A stretch of DNA of 47,914 bases, the filler included, from Sphacelaria rigidula (taxonomy: Eukaryota): NCBI GenBank assembly GCA_964200075.2. It is 2 parts of 2 records of this genome, joined end to end, with 100 filler letters (N's around TTAATTAATTAA, not from the genome) between each part and the next. Parts side by side here need not be neighbours in the genome. Positions count along the whole stretch, not along the records: positions 1 to 23,913 come from CAXNAA020000239.1; positions 24,014 to 47,914 come from CAXNAA020000240.1. The stretch is one strand, 5' to 3'. A model generated the notes under the pieces. That model was not told the origin of the DNA, did not search any database, and was given only the letters and a program-made list of their open reading frames with translations. This document shows positions 12,501 to 24,679 of this stretch, in pieces. The position numbers and the translations under genes are program-made. Numbering within the stretch: position 1 is the first letter of the stretch; every line of letters starts with the position of its first letter.

Positions 12501-15500
12501 GAGAATGTGTAATAATAAAGCAAACATGATATTACAATACATATTCAGCGGTACCGCGGTACATCATAATCCATATGGGCTGGTCCGTGAAAGGAACATC
12601 GATTATAGTCGGACAAAGCGTTTTTCACGCACACGAAGCAGATCAAGGCAAACAAATATGTAGATGCTACTTGGTATGTAGAACAAAGTGGCCATACTTC
12701 CTTCTCAGTCCAAGGCCGTGATGAGAAGGCAGGGGCGTGCGAAATAGAGGGTCTCGAAGTGTACAGCATCCAGCATGTACGAAATCTTCGAGATACCGAT
12801 CGCGACGACGTTGTGTCTGTTATCGTAGATGCGGGGTATATTCTTGAACTTGGTATGCTCTTCGAGCAGTAGTGTACACCCAGCATGCACAAAACCGCGG
12901 TGAGGGCGAGGGGTGATGCGCAGCCGACCAAAATATTGATGAGACATGAGAAGAAGAGGTGAGAGGAGTTGAGTCACTGCAAGTATCTCTCATAACTGGA
13001 GGAAACGGTTCTCTCGCACCAGCGCAACTTCATGCCAGCGCGACCTATTTGCAGGTGGGGTATGCAAGTTAAAATGCGCACGTCGCGAACGCCTCCAGAA
13101 CCAAATTTACGACAAAGCCGATTTCAACTACTCTACACACCAAACAACCGTCGCCCTCCACATCAGTCCACAGCAGGACAGTAACGAAAGGATCTTGTCG
13201 CAGGGTAGGAGACAACACACGTCGTCGGCGACGAGCTTTCTGATTGACACTGATGAACCAACAGTCGTACTGTGTTCTTGGCCAGCCAAGCACCGCGCAT
13301 GCTCGATTGTATGGATGCAATGAAGACACCGCTGTATATGCAGCTGCTGCTTGCTATCGAGCATACCGCAATACCATACCGTTGCATTGTTGTACAAGAC
13401 ACCACACTTTCTGCACACCGTTGTGCAGGCTATTTAGACGGCACCGCGGGTAGTAGTAGTTTTCCGTAGTATACCACTTGTCGACTGTAAAGAGCACTAC
13501 ATGCCTCGTGCTACTGCGGCCTGCTGTACAGACATACGTGCAGAGTGTACATACAGTGTGTACAGCAGACAACAGACAAAAGTACACAGCGGTGTGATTT
13601 CACAACCTCACCCCCTCCCTTGCGTGCATACGGCCGTGTATCGTATAGTACTCAGTGTACCGCAGTATCCATCGACACGTCATCTGCACGAATACGCTGT
13701 TTTCTCCGTGCATAGGCTGCGGCGGGTGTGAATGGTCATCATCACGTGATCACACACATGCATGACAGGATTACATTCGAACACTCGAGTGTTGGGCCAG
13801 TTGTACATGCGCCAGCAACCATCAACGTTCTTCTGTGGGAAATTAAGCAGTGTGCTCCAAGTAAAAAGAACTCATTCTATGATTCCTGTTGACATCGAGC
13901 AGAGAAGTAATCGTCGCCCACGCTTGTGGTACCCTGCTCCAAGACAAACTCTGTTCGGTGCTACTGTCCTGCTGTGGGCTGCTGTGACGTACGACTGTTG
14001 TTTCGTGTATGCAGTGTTTCAACTTAATTTAGGATTTGGCTCTGAAGGCGTTCACGACCTGCACGCCCTTATTTGCATACTCCACCGGCAAATAGGTCAC
14101 GCCATACATGGCCTACAATTTCAAAGCATCTTCCAGGTAGCTTGTGAAATACACGATAACATCTTCACACGGATTATGCTGACTAAAGTCCGGGGCCGTC
14201 AAACGTTGTGCCAGGTTAGTTTCGCTCGTTTCAACAGTTTTCTCCAGTCCCCGACGATCGAACATCCAACATTCTCGGAATAACTTCATGTTTTCTCCCA
14301 TTTCTCCGTATGTTTGTTGTAATGAGCGACGTGTTACCCGCGCACATTTCCCTGAGGGCATCCTGGGTATTACTTCCTCTGCTCGGTTTCACCGGTTATT
14401 TGGGGTTGTGTTGCCATTATCGGAACAACCTTACGTTACACGTCATGGCCAAGAGTTGGACGAAATTCCACACACGCGTTCTTGTGGGCAAGCCCGAGGT
14501 CATCAGTGTTTGACTGTTCAAAGGTACGAGAGAATTAAGCAATGTATACAGGCTACGAGCTACTTGAACTAACCGAAGGTCTCAAATTCTCGGGCCTTTT
14601 TTGCGTTTGCTCAATTTTTCGCGCCATTTTCGGGCGTCGAGACACGAAAATTACCGCACGTATGTCCAGCCCAAGGTCACAAGTGTCTGAGTATCTAGTT
14701 TCGTGTGATTTCTACGGGATCCTCGGTCCCCTCTCGAACCTCCTGTCGAATCGCCGGGGACCCCGTGAAATCGTTGGAGATCATTACTCGAGTACGTTTG
14801 GGCACGGGTGATCCCTGGCTCGACTTCATATGCACGTGTCAGTATTTTTGTCGCCAAACGCTGAAAAATGACGGGATAAATCGCCGTCGATTACAATTTA
14901 CAGACGGAATATGCAATACGCGGCGGGTCTGGGGGGAGGCAGGAATACCTATTTCTGGTTAACCTACACTCACCGCTTTAGTAGCGTGGAACACTTCCAC
15001 GATGACATGCTTAACACGCTGTCGGTCGATCTGTTTCCACTGCCCGCTGGCTAGTTCCATCAGATCGCAAAACTCGCGATCTTCCGACAAAGAGAAGGGC
15101 TGCATCGTCTTGATGACCACTCGAACATACTGCAACTCCAGTGCCCTAGTTTTTGCAAGGGAATTGTAAACGGAGATCAGGACGAGGAGATCGCCGATCG
15201 ATCAGGAAGTTGTGCTATGAACACTTTTTTGGGTCCCTCGACATTTCAGGCACGAACATACGAGCTGGGCAAGCAGTACATCCCGCATTTGCGTCTACAA
15301 TCATAACTCGTCAAGTTTATCAAATCAGCTCGACTCGAGCATATCGATGTGAACTGCAGACCAACCTGGAAATGCACGGCACCGCCGCTGGTCGATTGGA
15401 GAAGTTTTGGCGATGATGTTATTGNNNNNNNNNNTGTTTTGAGTACCTGTAATTTTTTGTGTTGTTGTGTGATAGCGTGTCTGTTTACGTTTTGTTTCAC

Positions 15501-18500
15501 GAAATGCGGTGGGAACGCGGTAGGCAATTGCGCCGCACAGGCACGCGTTGACTCGACACGAGCAGGCAAAAGCACACTGGTACGAGTAGTGCGGCGAGAT
15601 GGCATCAAGGTCGTCAACAGCTCCATAATGGGAAAGAACCTCCCAGCCAACGGCCATGTACCACCGTAAGAGGGAGAAGTACTACCTAAAACCGCGCTAT
15701 ACACCCCCCAGATGCAAGGCGCTATGCCAGATTATGCGCATAACAAAAATGGTCGTGTCGGGATTCGAACTCGTGACCTCTGTAATAAGAGACGGTTGTA
15801 CCACTTTGACCACCGGGTGCCACGCGAAAAATTGGGTGCTGTGGGTAATTCGAAGAGTTAGGCGCCGAAATTTCGACACGACACTTTCATCATCACTACA
15901 CACAACATTCCTGGACGTGCATCCGTATTTCTCTTCTTTTTTCGCGAAGTTACAGCATTTTTCTAGTCTTTGCAGAGATTTCAAATCGCTCCAACTTCCT
16001 GTATTTGTTTTTGTTTTTTCCAATACACCTCGAGAAATGTTGTGAGTAGTGATAATCAAAATATTGTGTCAAAATTTCAGCGCCCAACTATTCGAAAAAC
16101 CCACAGCATCGCCACAATATGTTCAAAAATCACCGTCGGCTGGCCAAGCCTGTACAGGTTTCTTTTTCAAAGTACAAACACTATTAAATATATAAGTTTC
16201 TTTATTTGAACACTGTTTGCTATTGTTGAAAGATATCAAACGCCTGTTGCCCTATCACTGTACGTCAACATACGTACGTCACTTGCTACAGATTCGGGGG
16301 ACCTCGATATTCCACGGATCTGCGCTCAAGTTCGTGTCAAACAGTCCTCGAATCGTGACAAACGAATCCAAGCTTCCCCGATTTGGACCAAATTGGTGTC
16401 CATACAATGCGTTTCCAGAGATGAGGTCCCCCAATCTCCGTACAGATGCGTTTTTGTGACTGCCTTGCAAAACGATCTCAAAAACTGAATTGCAATACTT
16501 TTTCTCACACCATGCCCAACAGTGGAGAGCGACCACGTCGTGGGTACACAAATTTTGACTTAACGGTCGACAAGGGAAAGGGACTGCTGAACCCCTCTCG
16601 CGATAGAAAATAAAGGCAAGCACCGCAGAAGGAAGGTGGGTGACTAAAAGCAAATAAAAAAGAAAAAGCTCCTGTGTTGACCTTCCTCTTGTGTGACCCA
16701 AGCGGGTGCGCCCACATATACCGACCGGTGTACATCTGCGCCCAGAATAGAAGGAACGACAACACACAACACACAACACGTGTACGAGTACGAGCTGGGC
16801 CAGCCTAGAAACGGATTCAAGCTCTAAAAGCAATGTCTCATCGACACAGACGAGTTGGGCCGTGATCTGCATGTCGTATTAGTCTTCCAATCAAGGGGAA
16901 GGTGCCCATCTGCTCAAAAATCTGTGCCAATATTTTCTGATTGATTAAACCCCATGTTTAGTAATTCCTATAACTTGCGGAGATAGCGTCCGCACTAAAA
17001 TCCATATGAAACCTCGATCGATACATTCAGCGGATGATGACGATTTTTGGTGTGGACCTTCCCTGGAGCACGGGGAGACGATAGATACCCTCACCTTCAC
17101 CTAATTCGTCATCTATCTCGAAATGTGGCGCACATAAGTTTACACTAAAATCGATATATTACGGGCAAAGGCACTAGATGCCCTAAATCTGGATATCGCG
17201 TCTCAGTTTTTGAGAGTTTTCCCATGAAATTTGGTGTGGAAGGAACTGCTAGTGCATAATGGCATAAAATAAAACAGCTTGTTACCTTTTCTTCATTTTT
17301 TCTTCACTTTAGTCGTGTTTTTAGTGGAGTTTTGAGGAGGTATGAACATTGCTCTGTGAGCTTTTTTCAATTTTCCAGCCCAATTTTTAAAATTTCAAAC
17401 TTACTAACATGGAGAACCACGAAGCTGTGCCGATTAAAACAAAAAGTGGTCTTCATTTTTTTTCTTCATGGAAGTTAGGGCGTTCTCGTGAAGAAATCGT
17501 TCTCACTATACTAGAACGCCCTAAACCAGTGAAAAAAATGAAAAAAATGAAAAAAATCAACCTGACCAACTTTGTTTTGTTGATTATCCCTTAGAGAGCG
17601 CCCACACAAAATTTCAATACACGAAAACCAAACGTGGGCCGGTGAGTGGCCTGCTAAATACTGTTCCGAATTTTACCGAACCTGCTTATAAAAGGTCGAT
17701 GCTGTGGCCAATATTTGGAGTTGGAGCGTAAAATTTGGTATGGACAATGCACAAGGCATGAAAAAAATTGCGCCGGCACCAAAAGCTTTCCTTTATGAGT
17801 CAGGGGCAACAACCAATTTTCATTATCAGTAAAATGCCCGGAACTCATGAAAAAAAAACTTTTGGAACCGACGTAACTTTTTTCCATGCCCCATGCGTTG
17901 TCCATACCAATTTTTACGCTCCAACTCTAAATATTGGCCGGAGCACGGGCCTGCAATCTCAAAATCCGCCTCTAGGCTGGCCCAGCTCGTATGAGTATCC
18001 AGATTCAGTGCACCAAGTGCCTCTGCTCGAAATATATTGATTACAGCATAGAACCCAACGTGCGCCATATCTCGGAACAGATGACGAATTACGTAGGCCA
18101 AAGTGGAGGTGTCGATCGTTTCCCCCTGCTCCAGGGAGTGTGTCCCCACCATAAATCGTCATTATCCGCTGTATATATCGTTTGGTGTGCCATTAGAATT
18201 TAGAATGGACGCTATCTCCGTACGGTGTAGGAATTACTAGACATGGGATTTCATCAACGAGAAAAAAATGGTGCTCGCAGTCGCAGGCAGGGTAATATCC
18301 AAGACAACACCGGTCTCACAGGCGGTACTGTCTATCGGTATATGGGCTATGGGTTATAATAGTGTACCCAGCGTTTGCTTTTGATTGTTGCCGTGCCCCC
18401 GATATGGTCGCGGTGGCCGGGGTTGGTGTTGCAGTCTCCATTTGCGCTCAGCTTGCTGCTGTATCCTGCAAGACCTCGGATATGGGGCATGATTCAAGAT

Positions 18501-20865
18501 AGCTCAATCGTCGTTGTTGTCTATTGTTTCATGTTGCTCGGGTGGAACATGACCCGAGAAAAGGAGTGTATCCGCTAAATTGTTGCTGGCTCCCTTTCGC
18601 AGGCTGTCGTGCTGTTGTTCTGGATGGCTCGCGTTTATCGGTGCCGTACAGAAATGAAAAGCACGGTGCCAACTGGCCATCGGGCGAATCTTATTCATCT
18701 TGATGCGATACAGATACAGTCAGTACTATTACAGAAAGTTGTTGAGGTACAACGCTGGAGACAACCAAGGACTCTACCACGGTTAGGACGAATCATCACG
18801 GGTTCGAATCACCAAATACACGATTTCTTCGGCCTGAGTGCCCAAAAGGGTGAAAAAAGTTTACCGCCGGTCCAAAAAAAGGGGTATCCACGCGACTTTT
18901 GCGCCATTCCACGTTACTGGGCTGCGTGTACCTGGTTTGCAACGCTGAAAACAAAGCCTGGGGATTGATTCGTACGATTCGAGTGAATTACGCAAAAAAC
19001 AAGTAACTTCCAGACGAATCATTCATTTGTCCGACCCTTGGACTCTACACACGGGATATCATATCAGACAGCTAACGCAACACTCGTACGATTGTGCATC
19101 TCTCTTGCGTGTGCGATTCCGTGTGCTAGAACACCGCGTCTTTTCCAAGGTATACAACATGTACCCTTCGCTTGATTCATGACTCACTTGATGCTCTCAT
19201 CAAAAATATTATCGATCGATGCTGACTGCACGTAGTTTTTTCAGCTCTCCTCCTGCTACTGCCCTGGGCTGTAGCAGGCTGACGGAGGGAAATGAAGCCC
19301 AGACCAGGCCTAGACAAACGGTGCAATCTTGTTGACCTTTCTGCGGCCGACAGGGTTAATGTACAGGTAGCGCACGTTTATCCAGCGCAAATCCCAGTAC
19401 GAGTCATGGAAAACAATGAAACAGTCGCTGATTTCAGTTCACGTATTTCATAACGACCCGTGCCCATGAACTCGGGGCCAAATATTATTTCAAGGACAAC
19501 GATGCGGTAGCAATTGCAGATATCGACTACGCTTGACAAAGGAAAATATTCTCGTGTCACCCCCCAGCTAGACCCCGGTGAGCGGGACAAGAGACACGTT
19601 CCAAACGTATGGCTGACCAAAAGGGGTAGATTCGGCATATACAGACTGTAAATACAAAAACGTATTTGCAGACCCAAGTCCGAACGGTATAGCACCCTTG
19701 ATAGTCGACAAACACAGACAAAATGAACCGTGATATATTGGGTTCGATATTCATGCAAGTGATCCCCGCACATGAGCATCAGTGATGGGTCTGACTCGAG
19801 AGCAATATGGGTCACGGAGAAATCAGTACCACCGAGTCCGAGTTGCACAAGTCGGACTCGCACTCGTTCGACGAGTCGAGAATTTGCCCGTATTTTTTTT
19901 CTGTTCTCAAGTATTTTGGTGCGGAGGGGTATAGAACGTGAACATGATGACTGCATCTGGACATTTCGATAGTAAAATCAACTAGTCAGTACAGTCAGCA
20001 CCACGCACAACAACAGTGTGCTGAAGAAAGGTACATCAACCTGGCACGTGGAGTTGTCACCTCACCTGGCTATGGACCCTCCGAAGGCCTCGTTTGCCGC
20101 CATGTTCACGCTAGAAACGCCATTCTTGACGCTTTGGTGTTCTCCGTCTTCGTCCTGAGTACGCCGTCCGATGAGGCTACGAGGCCTCTTGAGGTGCTTC
20201 TTGATGTTCGCTGTCTTCGCGTTGAAGAGACCGTTCTCGGCGCTTTCCTTCTTGACGCCCTGTTTTTGGTGACCCTGTGCGACGGCGCCCTGTTTTTGGT
20301 AACCCTGTGAGATGGCGCCGTGTTTTTGGTAACCCTGTCCGATGAGGTTATGAGCTCTCTTCAGGTGCTTATTGATGTTGCTGTTGTGGCCATTTCTGAT
20401 GGTGATGCTGGTACCCCTCTCCCTACATTCCGCGCTAGCCTTGCACCACCACTTCGCTTCGCACCTGTCTTCATTCTTGATGTCAAACGATCCCCACTGG
20501 TGAAGGAATGACTTTTGGGCGAGGCTCGAGCTACGGCAGCTGTAGCCTGGGGCTGGAAAGTGATGAAGGACAGCCTGAAGAACGTCATCCGGGACTTGCA
20601 CGATGGAATGTGTATTGCAGTCCAGGGTTTGCGGCAGTGTCAGATCGCCACGGCGGCCGCTGCTGTCTACATGTTCATCAACCGTTGCCGTCGAGTATAC
20701 CGTGGCTGGAGGTGCTGCGCTCGCAGGTTCCGGCGCTGCACCAGCGGAACTTGCATGTGCAGCCGAGACCGCGTTGTCCGCCGGAACGTCTGAGCTGCTT
20801 GCCGATGCTGCACCGCCGCCGTCACTCATGAAGCCGTCCCGATCCGGCAGCGCCGAGTCCTGCAT
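5522..20865 (-). CDS. Spliced hAT-family transposase / ZBED-like protein, about 954 aa: join(complement(20066..20865,14974..15145,8600..8761,7840..8199,7244..7549,5522..6586))
   Basis: Six exons joined by GT..AG introns with matching phases (2,0,0,0,0); 2865 nt with no internal stop. Motifs occur in hAT order: BED finger (WWCKASAEC..NINKHLKRAH), MQPFSLSEDREF, SMDIW (D1), CTTDAGSD (D2), WCVSH (CxxH), HRW, and YWRE..FPVLRHVAQQVFGNQASAAQVERDLS (E; hAT dimerisation domain). A 10-N gap lies in intron 1. Confidence 0.8.
6660..6845 (-). repeat. Degenerate tandem duplicate of the 5' part of hAT exon 6
   Basis: Highly similar to 6401-6587; translates FCPPPLFGEKL..KLGFQMVPHAQL; the acceptor reads gat|gtg rather than cag|gtg. 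Confidence 0.85.
7244..7549 (-). CDS. hAT gene exon 5 (KHAPHRW)
   Basis: Acceptor cag|GTT, donor AAG|GTGAGA; 102 codons. Confidence 0.85.
7840..8199 (-). CDS. hAT gene exon 4 (TTDAGSD, CVSH)
   Basis: Acceptor cag|CTG, donor AAG|GTCAAC (weak); 120 codons inside ORF 7792..8211. Confidence 0.85.
8600..8761 (-). CDS. hAT gene exon 3 (first catalytic Asp, LHFSMDIW)
   Basis: Acceptor cag|GTC, donor GCG|GTAAGA; 54 codons, VIMEGL...RDAVIA. Confidence 0.85.
10140..11982. repeat. Arrays of a 41-bp unit (ctcaaatactctactcaaattttgagtagattgagtatgac) at 10140-10400, 11095-11395 and 11888-11982
   Basis: About six tandem units at 11098-11335, each containing the palindrome CTACTCAAA/TTTGAGTAG. Confidence 0.8.
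11397..11888 (+). mobile_element. Non-autonomous element with AGATCACGG 5' end, internal tRNA-like cassette and GCTGGCCCAGCTCGT 3' end (possibly Helitron-like)
   Basis: Interrupts the 41-bp array; both termini are shared with 16789-16872. Confidence 0.55.
14974..15145 (-). CDS. hAT gene exon 2 (ALELQYVRVVIKTMQPFSLSEDREFCDLMELASGQWKQIDRQRVKHVIVEVFHATKA)
   Basis: Acceptor ctag|G, donor GCG|GTGAGT. Resembles the hAT 'LPFSxVEDxEF' region. Not in the ORF track. Confidence 0.8.
15425..15434. other. Assembly gap (10 N) in intron 1 of the hAT gene
   Basis: Run of n. Confidence 1.
16500..16779 (+). mobile_element. 5'-truncated SINE (copy 2) with (ACACA)n-type tail
   Basis: Alignable to 2280-2556; tail gacaacacacaacacacaacac. 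Confidence 0.8.
16950..18248. mobile_element. Foldback element with about 250-bp inverted arms and an internal insertion
   Basis: ccatgtttagtaattccta..cggagatagcgtcc versus ggacgctatctccg..taggaattactagacatgg; a second inverted repeat inside at 17700-17945. Confidence 0.75.
20066..20865 (-). CDS. hAT gene exon 1 (Ala/Ser-rich N-terminus plus BED zinc finger)
   Basis: ORF 20062..20865 with W-W-C-x5-C...N-x-x-K-H-L-x3-H; ends at a phase-2 donor AG|GTGAGG. Confidence 0.75.
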
Positions 20866-21630
20866 TATGGCTGTTCTTGTACAGGGTACTAACTGCGGTG
20901 TGTAACACTCAGAAGCACGACCTACCGAGTACAGGGGTGTTACCCTGTTAACTACGTTATAGTGCTGCTGTGTAGTGGAGTGTACCCCTTTGTACTGCCA
21001 ACCTGTAATGTTTTCACTGCCTTCCTGAAGTTATGATCAGGGTCCGTAGAAAAAAACTGTTCATAAAACCACCATGGCGTGAGCGAGCGCTGAATGGACT
21101 TTACCACACACAAAATCTGCAGGACTTCACGTGGTGAAGTGTCTGTGCTGTACCATACCGTTTCACAGGGTAACGATGATTGCGCAGTATCAGCTGGAGT
21201 ACCCCAGTACTCCCGACGGAACTCACTATTGTAACTCCGGCAGCCACAGCCACAGTACCTCGGAATGTTGAGGTGCGCCGACCAGTCGGTACTCCTGGTA
21301 CCCCCAGTTTTTCAGCAGGGTGTACCCCAAGCTACGCTGGGTACTAGAGGTTTCCGGGAGTTGGTACCCCGCGTGCCTTGAAATATACTGTATAAAGTAC
21401 TCGGAACAGACCGAGTATTGTCGGAGGGGTACACTTTTGTTAATATATTAGTCATGATGGTCAATTTTGATCATCGTATGGTACGTTACCCCACTCCTCC
21501 TAAAAAAAAAGGAGCTGAACGAATTTGTGTGCACGAAGTAGGTACATAACTAAGCAACGAACCACCACACAATCAATATATTTACCTATTTTACTACGCG
21601 CGTTTGTCGTACGTGCATGCAGCACTGGTG

Positions 21631-22080
21631 ACCGGTCGGGGTAAACCGGCCTGCACATATTCTATTTTGTAGTTTAGGGTACGGAGTATATTTTCTCCAC
21701 GGGGTAAACCAGCCTAAATATTTTCTATTTTGTACTTTAGGGTGCGGGGAGTATATTCATTTTCTCTAATCGGTACCGCTCGGGGTGCAGCGTTTATTGT
21801 GGAGTAAAAGTCATTGTAATGAAAAAATGATACGCGGCTGTCCTTCGAGGGGGTGCCTGCCGGGTAAACTCGACGTGGAATATAATTCCGGGATGGTGGG
21901 GGGGTGTGATTACTTTTTCTTTAAATGGAAATGAGTATTATATACACGCAAAAAGGAACCATGCGTGTCTTGATTTGAGATACCCCCTTACATGTTGTGT
22001 AGAGATAAGAAGATAAATGTGCGGGGAAAGGGCGTGACCGGCGTTATAAACCCCGCGAGTATAATACACCCCGACCTAGT
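21631..22080. mobile_element. Probable MITE with an internal ~60-bp tandem duplication
   Basis: Ends accggtcggggta / taca-ccccgacctagt; tandem repeat at 21637-21757. Confidence 0.5.
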
Positions 22081-22867
22081 AGGGGTAAGAGCACGGACAG
22101 GACTGTCACAAACAGTGTTTTGTCGCCAGGTTGTTGATATTTGGTTCTCGATTTCAATTTATTTTTGGCTAATTATTTTTCAATCATATATTTATTGGCT
22201 TCACGTATACGTGTAGATTGAGTGGGAGACAATGGACTCTACGATGGTCTGAATATATTTGATAATGGTCGCCTGCAGCATAGGATCTTCGAAGACGAAA
22301 AATCAATCATGCGTGTACCCAGGTCCGACCCGTCATTTGCAAAACTCAAAATATTAACAACAATAAACGCGAGGTCATATTTTTGTTACAGCCTACTACT
22401 GCTACTGCGAACACAGCAGGTAGACTGATTGAAGCAAGCTGCGGCATAACACGGTCGCCAGCATGCAGGCGTGGCTGCGGCACCATATATATACACTGTC
22501 ACCACTGCATAGGAAGGACTCGTCGAGGCTCACGAACCCACAGCACAAACCTCCACTGTCGTCGCCATCACCAGCAACAACAGCTCCATCTTCGGTCATC
22601 ACTGCTTTACTTCTGTCGTGGGTCTTTTCTTGTGTGCGATGCTTTGTGCTTTCGTACTTCTTTTGCGCTCTAGCGCGCGCAACGGGTGTTCATCTGAAAG
22701 ACTGAGGGATCATGTTCGGGGGTACGGTACTTCATTCAAAAATAAAAATAAAAAACTAGAAAAAACACGACATCGAATAATTAGATACAAAAAAAAAGAG
22801 AGACGGAATAGAAAAACAAAAATCTGAGTTCGTTACGATGGAGATCCAAACCTGTGATGGTAAATGC

Positions 22868-23230
22868 GGGGTACCGGTGATTACCGGTAATGAGGTTGGG
22901 GGGTAGGTAACATGATATTTCCCGGGCAATGTTCCAGTTTTTCAGTAACGGTGCCCCCGCATATATATCCCCTAGTCACCACCAGGGGGCCTCTGCAAAT
23001 CCACTTCGCACACAGCACACAGCACACCATGCAGCACACAGAGCACTCAACCACAGCAGAAACGCGCAGAACACAGCAACACAGCGAGACACGGAACCCC
23101 CGGGAATAGGGCACTTATTTCGTCCCCTCGCGGTAGTGGTCATTACCGGTGGGTAACACCAAAAAAACTTGATTTGAGATGGTTACCGGTAGGTTAGATG
23201 GAAAATCCGGGGTATTTACCATCCCTCTGA
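22868..23230. mobile_element. Probable MITE remnant with TTACCGGT subterminal motifs
   Basis: Repeated (tt)accggt(aa) motifs at both ends. Confidence 0.4.
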
Positions 23231-23913
23231 TCCGAACTACGGACGATGTGCTCCGCTCCGTCCACTCCGGATATCCGTTCGGTTTGACTCTAATCCTAAT
23301 CCGCGCCGTTTGAAAAACAAATCTGCGAATTTTATTTTTTTATTTTTTGTACATTACGATGGAACCTGCATGCTCGGGCCATCAACGAGAACCCGCTCAA
23401 ATGGTGGGGGCTGAATGCGCACAAGCACCCACTCATTGCGCATGTCGCTCGCAACGCCCTGGTTGTGCGGCATCGTCAGGTCCCTCAGAGCGAGTACTTG
23501 TATCGTCGCAGAGTGGGCATATTTTGACACAACAAAGAAGCGGAACTTCTCGGAATGGCTTGAGACGCCGATTTTCTAAAGGGTTCTTGGGAGGCGGCCG
23601 GGAAGTTTATACTCGAGCAGCACTCAGTTGAAAAAAATCCGACAGAGTCATTGCCACCAGTTTTTGGTGGTGAGATCGTGAATTGTACCATCGCGAGGAG
23701 AGATGGGGCAGTCGATGCAGCCAGTCATGACGCACATCACACGCGTGCTGTCACGGGTCTGTCACAAACAACATATTTCGGGACACGTACGCCCCAAGAT
23801 CGAAAATTCGAGTTTTTGAGGGGGGGGGGGGGGGGGGGGTACTTATGATCATGCATGCCATAGGCATAAGACCATTGACCTCACCCAGCCTGTTGTCCCC
23901 TGTTTTATTGCCG

Positions 23914-24013
23914 NNNNNNNNNNNNNNNNNNNNNNNNNNNNNNNNNNNNNNNNNNNNTTAATTAATTAANNNNNNNNNNNNNNNNNNNNNNNNNNNNNNN
24001 NNNNNNNNNNNNN
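23914..24013. other. Scaffold gap containing an artificial TTAATTAATTAA linker
   Basis: 44 N + ttaattaattaa + 44 N = 100 bp. Confidence 0.95.
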
Positions 24014-24679
24014 CTCTGCCCCACAGCTGACATTACAAGTCATCATCGCAGCACAGCACCACAACATCATGATCATCTGGACCATATTTCGTTGTTTTTT
24101 GTTCTTTATTCCTTTTAGTGTACTATTCCTTTGAGGTCTTTCGGTGACATTATCGCGCGCTACAATCTATTCTTTTGTTTTTTTGTTGATTTTATTCTTC
24201 TTGTTTTCACTTTTCATTATTCGGTTGAATTTTGTTTCTCGACGAAGTAGCGAGCGTTTTTTTTCCCATGTTGGGTGCATTTGTCCTGCGCTCACGGCTG
24301 GTTTCGTGGCGGTTTGATCTGATGGAAAAGTGGAAAATCCATCAGTCTGTGTACAGTGAAACAAAAGCTTGTCAAGCCGGAGAAATGTGTAGATTGCCTG
24401 GCGGTGTAAACCTGTCATACACGTGTAGAACCAAGGGTAACGACGTAGTTCTGTCTACGAAATGCCAGGAAAACTCAAGCCGGCGTTCAATCACGTTCGC
24501 GAACTATTGTATGTACAGTATGTGCTGTCGTGCGAATGACCAAGCATTCGAATCTTGAAAACTTGAAAGGAGACAGGGAAAAGACAGGGGAACTTATCCG
24601 GTCAAGGACGAATGCATGGCACACTGTAGAGAAAGAAGCGTTATCCATCAGGTAATGCGCCTACGATCAAACATACGAC

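Noticed and set aside
12400-14570. Decayed coding-like fragments here and at 41700-42600
   Set aside because: No RT, transposase or other motif could be recognised by eye.
19812-19956. Short alternative terminal exon after hAT exon 1, giving a BED-only isoform
   Set aside because: The phase fits (ccag|A) but the peptide has no recognisable motif; it needs transcript evidence.
21992-22040. MLCRDKKINVRGKG as the missing first half of the zinc cluster
   Set aside because: It lacks the required cysteines and lies inside a MITE.
23958-23969. TTAATTAATTAA palindrome
   Set aside because: It is centred in an N run and is an artificial scaffolding linker with stops in all frames.
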